This document shows, piece after piece, positions 13,432 through 24,738 of a stretch of 64,000 nucleotides of DNA. How positions within the stretch are numbered: position 1 is the first letter of the stretch; each line of letters starts with the position of its first letter. The DNA is from Paraspadella gotoi (taxonomy: Eukaryota > Animalia > Chaetognatha): positions 9,050,764-9,114,763 of the forward strand of contig CM119264.1 in assembly GCA_051294375.1 (NCBI GenBank), given 5' to 3'. The position numbers and the translations under genes are program-made. Under the pieces are notes generated by a model. That model had not been told where the DNA came from, ran no database searches, and saw only the letters and a list, made by a program, of their open reading frames with translations.

Positions 13432-14797
13432 TCATCTCGGCAGGAAATTGATGTGAAGGAAATCTTTGTCGGTGTCGTTGAACTTCTTCGACTGCTTCGC
13501 CAGCTCTAGGCGATTGACGTTGGCGATGCGTTGATTTTGATTCCTGCGGAGGGAAAAGGTAAGTTCGGGCAGAGTGGGTCAGGAGCTGCCGTCGCTGAAG
13601 GCCCTTCTAACTCGCTCGCAGCACGTCTCTACCTCTACGCGGTGCTAAGGGAAACCTCCTTTCGGAAAAGAGATGGGAAGCGAGAGCGAACAAGGAGAAG
13701 AAAAAGCCAAGAGGGAAGCAGACCTGGCGTTTTCGTTTCCTTCGGGATCGTGCATGACCATCTTCATCGCTCCAGACGCTTCCCCGTCCAATTCCAAGGT
13801 GGTGTGCTCCTTGATATTTGAATCTCGTAATGATAATCCATCGAAAATCCATCAGAATCATTACATCATCATCAACAGTCAACCGTCATCATCTCGACAA
13901 CCTGTACTGTCACCATCGTTACGATATCTTCGCAGTAAACGATGTATTCGAAGTTTCTCCCTCTGACTCGGAAAAACTGCAAAGAGTCGTGGGGGTCCAC
14001 TTCCTTGAAATTCATAAATATTACACTTTGAAATTGAGGAAAAAAAAAATTAAATATCAATATTTAATCCACAAATAAGTTTGAAAATTTGTCATCCTGT
14101 TTTTTCAGTCTTCGTTATGAAGTTAGAGCAATTTCGGTCGTATGTTACGAGATGATTTATTATTGTTGTTGCCTGTAACGCGCTGCGCGCTTTGGGAATG
14201 ATCTTCATCACGTGACCCGAGATTGTTGCGGCGACCTGCTTGGGCAGCGTCGTCCTCACCTGATTCAGGGGTTCGTTGTGAAACAGAGAGATTTTTCAAC
14301 GGAGGATTCGATGAGTTAGTTTCGTGAGTCAATGGATTTAGATGGTCTTCACAGATTTATATTTTATGGCAAACGGAGGGACAGCCTGTGATACCGGGGC
14401 GCGGGGTATTCTCACCAACTGCGTAGGGCCTGCGGAGCCCTCAGTGACCGCCTCCGCGCGCTCCTGTCACTGGTCATATTTATACCTGGCACCGTTCACA
14501 TTATTTAAGCAAGACCGGGATACCAGGATTGAATCCGCGGACGCACTGATGAATAGATTGATTTAGCCTGCTCAGCATTGGAGACGGGCTGAGGACAGAC
14601 AGCAGTGATGCCAGCTTTAAGTCTTGCTGCACCAATTTTCCCACTTTGAGTTCACGGTTTAAAGAAGAACGTTATTGAAGACGAGATCTCTTCACCGGAA
14701 GCTGACTGTTGGTTTTGAATTATTATGATCCCTCTGACTTTTTGCTGCGTTCATTCAAGTCTCGTCTGCATGTGATCAACACCGCGATGCCCGCCAT
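13432..14797 (-). CDS. Roadblock/LC7-domain protein (divergent dynein light chain roadblock-like) with C-terminal extension, ~5 exons
   Basis: Spliced reading: MAG..KVRGIIIIQ.. / ..ISGHVMKIIPKARSALQ / EVDPHDSLQFFRVRGRNFEYIVYCEDIVTMVTVQ. This parallels the DYNLRB pattern [29 protein letters not shown]. Two further exons follow: EHTTLELDG..MKMVMHDPEGNENAR / NQNQRIANVNRLELAKQSKKFNDTDKDFLHINFLPR*. Confidence 0.75.
14357..14620 (-). mobile_element. ~260-bp intronic insertion, SINE-like; absent from the duplicate copy
   Basis: The copy at 26345-26375 joins the flanks directly. The insertion has an A-rich 3' end on the minus strand (ATAAAATATAAAT), a weak B-box-like GGATTCAATCC, and shares GCCTGTGAT..TCTCAC..CCCTCAGTGAC.GCCTCC..GTCACTGG with 4032-4095. 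Confidence 0.5.
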
Positions 14798-15039
14798 TTT
14801 TTATGGTTCGCGTTCGATGGTAGGGTTTTGATGAAAATTATTTCGAGAAAAAAGATTTTTTGAGATGATTAAAGGTATTATTATAGGCATGTTATCATTG
14901 GAGGAAGTAAAATGATTTGTTTGATTCGAAATTTAATTAGCTATTAATTTGTTTGAATCTCTTTTTATGTGTCAAGTTTAAACAAATATTTGTTTACAGA
15001 GATATTGACTTGAGTTTAAGTAATGAATCGATGAAGAAT

Positions 15040-15124
15040 CAATCTATCAATCAATCAATAAATCATTCAATCATTCAATCAATCAATCGTTCATTCAATG
15101 AATGAATGAATGAATGAATGAATG

Positions 15125-15183
<59 letters not shown>

Positions 15184-15220
15184 CAATCAATAAATCAATC
15201 TAGCAATCAATCAATCAATG
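15040..15220. repeat. Compound (TCAA)n/(TGAA)n microsatellite
   Basis: Directly visible; related tracts at 26800-27000, 36510-36620 and 40145-40275. Confidence 0.95.
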
Positions 15221-15404
15221 CTTGATAGCAAGATATAATATTTTGGTTATTTTTGCTGCACGTATTTTCTTCCGTACTTTTCAAACTTTGTGTTATTCTT
15301 CTTATTCTTCATTCGTTTTTATTACTTTTTCTTTCGTCTTTTCCTTTCACTCGAGTTTTATTTTTAGTAAAATTTGAGATCTGTCAATTTATCTCTCTCT
15401 CTGT

Positions 15405-15605
15405 AGAGAATTTCCGAGTCTCCACGCTTTGCGGTTGGCGTTCGTTGGTTGCCCGTCCAAAAAGAGGTTTTGACAAGAGTTTTGCTGACTAAATATCTAG
15501 TAAAAGTACAACGCGAGATCCAAAAATGGTCCAAACGCCTATTCTTGGTCGTGACAAAATCGTAGCAAAAGGAGACAAAATCGTGACAATATCAAGTCGC
15601 AAAAA
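15405..15605 (+). repeat. Dispersed repeat R2 (also 27225-27420 +; 43000-43200 and 49415-49610 in reverse orientation)
   Basis: TTTGACAAGAGT..AACGCGAG..CCAAAA.GGTCCAAA..TATTCTTGGT..CGTAGCAAAA..GACAAAA..CGTGACAATAT.AAGT matches the reverse complement of 43000-43200 with substitutions. Confidence 0.8.
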
Positions 15606-15801
15606 CCCGTAAAAATAACGGTTTTCAGACGAGCAACGAGTTTCCAAAGAGTGGTTCTAAAAACGACTGAAAAGTCGATCACAAAAATTATGAAAGTAAG
15701 GTTCAAATGACCGACGTCCAAAAACGGGCCGAGATAGAGAGAGAGAAAAATGAACCTAAACATGATACAAATAACGAGGCGATTTCTCTTCACTCTCTCT
15801 C

Positions 15802-15886
<85 letters not shown>

Positions 15887-17836
15887 AAATATTTTTTTCA
15901 ATTTCCTCTTTTCTTTCCGTCTGAGTTTTTGCTGACGAAATCAAAAAAGGAAAAAAGAAATAAAATGAAAATAAAAACCGTCGAAGGTTTGAGCAAATTC
16001 GATACAGGGAGGAAGACGGCGACGAAGACGACAATGACAACGACAACTATAAAGGAGGAAAATCAAAAATATTTACAGAGGAAAACAGCAAAATAATCAG
16101 ACGACGACGAAAGGAACAGGGCTAAAAATGATGACAACAACGACGAGAAGAAAAATCGAAGAAAACATTTTTTTTTCGGCGAAAAATCACTGTGCATATC
16201 GATTTATGCTGAGGACGACGACAAAAAAAAAGACTCTTCTCTTTAACTTTTTTATTTTTCTTTTTCCCCCTCTGACTTTTTTCTCTCTCTTTTTAGAAAA
16301 ATATTTTTTATTTCTTCTATGGTTTCTCAACACAATTCTACTGAGAATTATACTCGAGATCACTCGCACTCCTCCTTCCATAGACGAGCACCCACTCTGT
16401 CTCAAACTCCGTTTCCGACCAGATTTCAGATTTCCCAATTCTCTTCCAAATTTCTCTCGTCAGTGACGTCACTCGAAAACGTCGGCGACAGATTCACTTC
16501 CCACTCGAGAGGCGGCGCTAGTTTCGGGAGGCGCTTTCGTGAAAAGGGGCGCGCGCATAGGAAGTGCCGTGTGGTTTGGAGGCCAAATAACAAAAGGAAA
16601 TTTAAATTAAAAACAGGAAATTTAATAAAAACCGTCGTTGATAAAAAAAATAGTTTACTTAAATGAAAATGGAGGAGAATCGTCAAATTTAAAGAGGTTA
16701 AAATTAAAACGTTAAAAGACATTCTTATTTTTTCAAAAAAGCAAAGAGATTTTTTTTTTCTTTGCCGAATATTTTTTCGCTGTCAAAAGTTGAGAGGTAA
16801 CTCGTCAAATAAAAAGAACTTTTTCTCTCTCTCATTTTCTCTGTCTCTGTTTCGCAATAGCCCGAAGAGAAAAATTGAATTCAATTTTACCAGCAACAAT
16901 GTTTTAAGGTAATAATCTTTATCGAATTATTAATTATTTTTATCTTTTCTAATAATTTTTTTTTGTTGAAAAAAAAAAACCAACCTATTTTTCCTTGTTC
17001 TCTTTTCTTAGTTTTGAATCTTTTCATTTTCTTATTCTCCTTTTCATTATTGTTTATTGTTTGTACACCTCCCTCCTTCTCTTTCACTTCCTCTTCTCGC
17101 TCTCTCTCTCCCCATGTTCCTTTATTTACCGCCCCCCCATTCTCCCCCCATGCTGCGGAATTAAATCCCTCTCTCTTCCTCCTTTTCTCTCGTTATCACG
17201 ATTCTCTTCCGGGTTTCCATCCTTCCTCCTCCTCCTCCTCCTTCTCCTCATTTTCCTCCTTTTCCCTTTCTGCTATTTCACGTCTTTCCTTTTTTTCTAT
17301 TTGCTTTTTTTCTCCGTCTTTATCTGTTCCTTTTGCTTTCCCTTTGCTCTTTTTCGTATTTTATTTGAAAAAAGCTTCTCCCTTTTTCTTTTTTGTTTTT
17401 CTCTTTCTCTTTTCTTTCACCACGTTGATATTGAGTTACTTCATCTTCCCGGTCAATTTTCTTTCTCTTCTCTATCTCCTTCTCTTTTACTTTCCTTTTT
17501 TTTATCGAAATTTTTTTTTCTCGAATCACGTGACGGACTCCGCAGCGCGCATCCCCGGCTGCAGCGACCGTCACCGCAGCCTGCAGTGGAACGTTCTTGC
17601 TGCAGCGCTGCACGCGCATTCCGACGACGACGATGAGAGCGACGTCGAACTAGAATGCGTCGCAATGCGGTCGGTCTGTCGCTCGGTCGGTCGGTCTTTC
17701 TATCGATAATAGGAATTCCCAGAAAAGAATTTGACATTCGTTGCGCCAGCAGTACTTTCTTTTTCTTTTAACTTTTTTACTTTTTTTAACTTTTAACTTT
17801 CATTAATATAGTAACATAGATTTTCGCGGATCGATT

Positions 17837-17946
<110 letters not shown>

Positions 17947-18956
17947 CAAAGCGGCTGCGAACCCAGACTCCTCGGCGCCTTCTAAAACGCGGCTGGCACC
18001 GCGCATCCCCGGCCGGTGCTCGCGCTGGCGAACCGGAGCCGGGCGGGCGCGTGCAGAGCCGGAAGGAGGCGTTGATAAGAGACGCCGGAGAATACGGAGA
18101 CCCGGGAGAATTAGAGGCGGAGGAGGAGAGAGAGGAGGAGGAGGAGGAGGAGCAGGAGGAGATGGAAAATAATAAAAGAGANNNNNNNNNNNNNNNNNNN
18201 NNNNNNNNNNNNNNNNNNNNNNNNNNNNNNNAAAGAGAGAGACTCCTCCTCTTCTTCCTCTTTCAAATCCTCGCCTTTTCCTCCCAATTTCTTTCTGGAT
18301 CTATTCTTAATTTCTTCTTTTACTTTCCTATATTTTCTCCGCTCTAAACTCTTCCCTCCGCTTTCTTCTTTTTCTATCGTCGTCTTCTCGAGAGAACGTC
18401 GAGAATTGAAATCGAAGGAACGCGAGAACAAAAGGAAATGGAAAACGAAATGGAGGAATGGAGGAATCGAAGCTTCTAGTGTTGATGCCAAAATTTTGTG
18501 TGGAAGGTCGCTAAGGGGAAAAGGGCGGTCGTTGCCAGGGTATTTTCGCGGTTGAATTAGGCGGCCTCTCAATGTTCTTGTCTAAATTGTAATTGTCTGA
18601 TTGTTAATTAACCAATAATATTTATAATCATGGGGTATAAATAAAACGATCGTCCCCCGAAAGATAATTTTGAATTGTTCTCACTAAGTTTATAATTTTT
18701 TTAAGAATAAATGACCCACGGTCGCCCTTTCACTTTCTTCGGCCTTTTGAGGGGAAACATTAAAAATGAATACAAAATGCCCATGGAAAAAAAATGTTTT
18801 CTCGGTCTGATTGTAAGCGGAAAGAAAGGGGGAGGAAGAAGAAGGAGGAGAAAAGAGGACACAACGCGTCCTGGTGGAAAGATGGAATCAGACATCTCGG
18901 CGCCGAGAAATGCAAAGGGATAAAAGAAGAAGAAGGCCTTTTGCTGAATAGAAGAG

Positions 18957-19006
<50 letters not shown>

Positions 19007-19664
19007 CGAGAGAGAGAGAGAGAGAGAAGAGAGAAGAAGAGAGAGAGAGAGAGAGAAGAGAGTTGAGAAGGCTGAAGGGCAGCTGCCCGCGCATCTGGGG
19101 CCAAAGGAGACTTAAGCCCGTTTGTTCGCCGCACTTTTCTGTTTGGGAGAGGGAAGGAGAAAGGGAGAGAGAGGGGGTTGGGAACGAGATGGCGATGGGA
19201 TTAAGTGAAAAAAATGTAAAAATTGCGGAGTTTTTTTAAATATAGTTACTAGATAAAGCTACTCTACAATAAACTTTCAAAGTCCAAGAATATACTCCAA
19301 GAAACTATTTTTAATTTTATATTATTTAATGATATTGTTACAAATTACAGATTAGATGCTCAGATTTCACTTTCAAAACCGATTTTTAAAGTAATATAAA
19401 AAGAGCAATCTGCTATTATAATAAAAATTCATTATAATAGATAACTACCCATATTGTTCTCTTCAAAGCCTTACAGTTATATCTGAAATGTATCAGATTC
19501 AAAGTGCTATTTTGTTTACAAAACCTTTTCTTTAACCTAATTAGTTAATTCTTGCATCAAGAGATGTCGCGTTCAATCACATAATTTTGACAAAAGATTG
19601 GGCGCTGATACTAAAAATTTAAGTAGGGGGAGCCTAACTCAGTAAGGTGGTTAGAGAGAAGATA

Positions 19665-21438
19665 GGAAAGGGGCTAATGATGACAAACACGGACGAGAAA
19701 AAAACGGAAAGAAAAACATTTTTTTCTGGCGAAAAATCACTGTGCAATATCCGATTTATGCTGAGGAACACGAACAAAAAAACAGACTCTTCCTTTAACT
19801 TTTTATATTTTTCTTTTCCGCCCTCTGGACTTTTTTTTCTCTCTCATTTTAGAAAAAAAATATTTTTTTATTCTTCTATGGTTCTCAACTACAATCTACT
19901 GAGAATTATACTCGAGATCACTCGCACGTCATCATATCCATAGACGAGCACCCACTCTGTCTCAAACTCCGTTTTCCACCAATTCAGATTTCCCAATTCC
20001 TTCCAAATTTCCTCTCCGTCAGTGAACGTCACTCGAAAACGTTCGGCGACAGATTCCACTTCCCACTCGAAAGGCGGCGCTAGTTTTCGGGAGGCGCTTT
20101 CGTGAAAAGGGGCGCGCCGCATAGGAAAGTGCCGTGTGGTTTGGAGGCCAAATAACAAAAAGGAAATTTAAAATTAAAAACAGGAAATTTAATAAAAAAC
20201 CGTCGTTGATAAAATAGTTACTTAAATGAAAATGGAGGAGAATCGTCAATTTAAAGAGTAAAATTAAAACGTAAAGACATTCTATTTTTTCAAAAAAGCA
20301 AAGAGAATTTTTTTTTTCTTTGCCGAAATTTTTTCTCTGTCAAAAGTTAGAAGTAACAATCGTCAAATAAAAAGAAACTTATTTTCTCTCTCTCATTTTA
20401 CTGTCTCTGTTTTCGGACTATACGCCCGAAGAGGAAAAATTGAATTCAATTTACCAGCAACAATGTTTTAAGGTAATAATCTTTATCGAATTAATTAATT
20501 ATTTATCTTTTCTAATAATTTTTTTTGTTGAAAAAAAACCAACCTATTTTTCCTTGTTCTCTTTTCTTAGTTTTGAAATCTTTTCATTTTCTTAATCTCT
20601 TTTCCAATTATTGTTTATTGTTTGTACACCTCCCTCCTTCTCTTTCACTCCTCTCTCGCTCTCGTCTCTTCTCCGCATGTTCCTTATTTACCGCCACCAC
20701 ATTCTCCCCCCAATGCTGCGGAATTAAATCCCTCTCTCTTCTCCTTTTCTCTCGTTATCACGATTCCTCTTCCGGGTTTCCATCCTTCCTCTCCTCCTCT
20801 CCTTCTCCTCATTTTCCTCCTTTTCCGCTTTCTGCTTTTTCAACGTCTTCCTTTTTTTCTATTTTGCTTTTTCTTCCGTCTTATCTGTTCCTTTTGCTTT
20901 CCCTTTGATCTTTTCGTATTTTATTTGAAAAAAGCTTCTCCCCTTTTCTTTTTTGTTTTTCCTCTTTCTCTTTTCTTTCACCACGTTGATTATTGAGTTA
21001 CTTCATCATTCCCGGTCAATTTTCTTTCCTCTTCTCTAATCTCCTTCTTCTTTACTTCCTTTTTTTTAATCGAAAATTTTTTATCTCGAATCACGTGACG
21101 GGACTCCGCAGCGCGCACCCCCGGCTTGCAGCGACCGTCACCGCAGCAGCCTGCAGTGGAACGTTCTTGCTGCAGCGCTGCAAACGCGCATATCCGACGA
21201 CGACGATGAGAGCGAACGTCGCACTAAAGAATGCGTCGCAAATGAGGTCGGTCTGATCGCTCGTCGGTCGGTCTTTCATCGATAATAGGAATTCCAGAAC
21301 AAGAATTTGAACATTCGTTATGCGCCAGCAGTACTTTCTTTTTCTTTAACTTTTTTTACTTTTTTTAAACTTTTAACTTTCATTAATATAGTAACATAGA
21401 ATTTTCGCAGGATCGATTATTCAGAAAGAGAGAGAGAT

Positions 21439-21484
<46 letters not shown>

Positions 21485-22712
21485 TGAGAGAGAGAGAGAG
21501 AGAGAGGGACAAAGCGGCTGCGAACCCAGACTCCTCGGCGCCTTCTAAAACGCGCTGGCAACCGCGCATCCGGCCGGTGGGCCGCGGGCGAAAGCGGAGC
21601 CGGGCGGGCGCGTGCAGAGCCGGAAGGAGGCGTTGATAAGAGACGCCGGATGAATACGGAGACCCGGGAGAAATTATGAGGCGGAGGAGGAGAGTAGAGG
21701 AGGAAGGAGAGGAGAGGAGCAAGTAGGAGATTGGAAAGAAATATAAATAATAAAAGTAAGAGAATAGAAAAAGAAAGTAAGTAGGCTGGCACGGAGAGTT
21801 TAGAAGAGAGGACTATAGGAAAAGAAAAAGAGAGGAAATTAAAAGAATAGAGGTCCGAAAGAAATTGGGGAGGGAAATATGGCGAGGTATTAAGAATAGA
21901 AGGATAGAAGAAAGGAGGATGAATGAAGGGAGAGGTAGGGGGGGTAGAGAAGAATACGTCGAGAATTGAAATCCGAAAGGAACGCGAGAATATAAAGGAA
22001 TGGACTAAAAACGAGGAATGGAGGAAATGGAAGACGGATCGAAAGGCTTCTTAGTAGTTGAACTGCCAAATTTATAGTGTGGAAGGGTCGACTAAGAGGG
22101 AAAGGCGCCCGTCCGTTGCCAGGGACTTTTTCCGGTTGAAGATGTGAGGGCGGGCTCATCGTCTGGGAAATGTCCAATGGAATTGTCTACACATTGTAGA
22201 TATGGGTGTCTGATTGGTATAGGATAACCAATAATGAGGTTTCATATATACATGGCGGTATAAATAAAACGATCGTCCCCCCGAAAAGATAATTTTGAAT
22301 TGTTCTCACGATCTAAATTTGATTAGATTTTTTGGTAAGAATAAAGGTGAACCCACGGTCGCCCTTTCCTTTCTTCGGCCTATTTTGAGGGGAAACATTT
22401 AAAATAGAATACTAAATATCCCATTGGTAAAAAAAATGTTTTTGGTGCGGTGCACTGATTGTGAAGCGGAAGAACAGGGGGAGGAAGAGAGAGAATGGCC
22501 AGGAGAGAAAGATGGCACACACACTTATGTTCTCTTGGCCTGGACACGGTGCGCTGGACAAAGATGAGAATCAGACATCTCGGCGCCCGAGAACACTGCA
22601 AAGGGAAATATAAAGAAGAAGAAGCCTTTTGGTCTGAACGTATGAAGAGAGAGAGAGAGGGAGAGAGCGAGGAGAGGATGGGCGAGAAAGTAGAGAGAAA
22701 GGTAAGAGAGAG

Positions 22713-22746
<34 letters not shown>

Positions 22747-24415
22747 TGACGTATGCAGAGCAGAGGACGAGTGAAGAAGAGAGAGGAAGAGAGAGTGACG
22801 CAGGTGAAAGGCACTGCGAGCGCCATCTGGGGCCTGAAATGGAAGAGCTTAAGCCCCGTTTGTTCGCCGCACTTTTCTGTTTGTGAGAGGGAAGGAGAAA
22901 GGGAAGAGAGAGCCGGGGTTTGGGAACAGAGATGGCGATGGGATTAAGTGAAAACAAATGTAAAAATTGCGGAGTTTTTTTAAATATAGTTACTAGATAA
23001 AGCTACTCTAAACCGAATAAAAACGGTTGCACAATGTCCAAGAAGATATACTGCCAGAAACGACTTATTAATTTTGATATTATTTAATGATATTGTCCTT
23101 TACAACATTAGCCAGATTCTAAGAAGCTTCAAGGAATTTCAGCCTTGTGGAGAAATTCGGATTTTTTTAAAGTAATATAACCAATAGTGAAATCGCGGTA
23201 GGTGCATATATTATCAATAAATTCAGTTCTGGATAATTAGAATAACTACCCATATTGTGTCTCTCAAACGACGGACCTTACGAGTCTATATCTGAAATGT
23301 ATCAATTTCAAAGTGTTGATTTTGTTTTACAAACCTTATTCCTTTATCTTTAACCTAATTAGTTAATTCTTGCATCATAGAGGAGGATTGGTCGCGATGT
23401 CGAATCACGCATAATTATTGACAAGATTGGGGCGACGCTGATAACTAAAAATTTAAGTTAGGAGGAGCCTACGACTCAGAGGCTGCAGACCTTGATAGGA
23501 TGGGTGTTAGGGAATACGAAAAATTTTTCGAAATTAAGCAACCTTCTCATACGAAAAATTTAGACATTTTTAAAAAAATTTGAACAGACNNNNNNNNNNN
23601 NNNNNNNNNNNNNNAAAAATTTTAATATTACTCCATACTACATATATTATTTTTGTAATATTTATTTATAAATAGGAAAGGCTAAAAATTTTTTAGGATT
23701 TTTTTTTATTTTTAAGATCAGATTCAAGTAGCTTGCAAAAAGTTTTCTACACAAAGTATTATTCTTTTTTCGATATTTTGATCATAAGTGTGTGAAAAAT
23801 ATGAAAAACTATTTATAATCATCATCATCATCATCATCATCTTTCGATAATTTTATTAATTTTTCTTAATTTTGACCAAGAAAACATAAAATATTTTGAA
23901 AGTTGTAGTTATATTTTTTATTTAACTTTTTATGCTCTATCAGAATCCATCAAAAAAGTTAAGATTGATTTAAAAATTTTTTTATCATTTTATAGTAATA
24001 TTGTAATTTTAATAGCAACAATAAAAGAATTAAAATCGAACTTTTTTAAAAAATTATTTTTTTACCTAAAAGTAGACTTCAAGACTAAAGTTTTGAACCC
24101 CCGCCTATTGAATTTAATTCATAGTAGATTTCTAATTTAAGATAAAATATTTTCACTCTCTCTTTTGTCTTGAGATATTTAGTTAGTTCGATCGAAGAGA
24201 AATGCGGACTTTTTCGATCGAATCCATTCGGAAAATCTGAATTCGGGAAAATTAACCATTTTTAGTTGGATTATAAAAAAGGGATCGTCATTTGTATTCG
24301 CTGCCGAGTATAGCTTTTAACTTTAAGTTGTTACTGACGGACAGAAATGGATTAACGTTTTTCCAGAAAAAAAAAAATATAGTAAACTCTGCCAAGGTTC
24401 CAATTTTGACTCAAT
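19665..24415 (+). repeat. Noisy duplicate of 16110-19650, continuing into sequence duplicated at 32570-33415
   Basis: Colinear matches that differ mainly by scattered 1-3 bp indels. Confidence 0.9.
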
Positions 24416-24429
24416 TTAAGAGAGAGATT

Positions 24430-24673
24430 TTTCTCTCTTTTTAAAACTTTTTTTGGTCACTCAATCTCTTAATAGATTCCAAAGTTTGTTTTTTTTTCTA
24501 TATACATCAACGTTTTCCTCAACAGCTTGCAAATCAGTTCGATGACAGCCTGTTTTTTCCATATTACCCAGCGTTCACGACCGGGATCAGTTTCTGGTTT
24601 TTCTGCCCAACATAAAAAATCAAAAGCCTAATACTTCAGCGAAAAGTGAGAGAGAGGGAGATAGAAAAGAATA

Positions 24674-24738
<65 letters not shown>

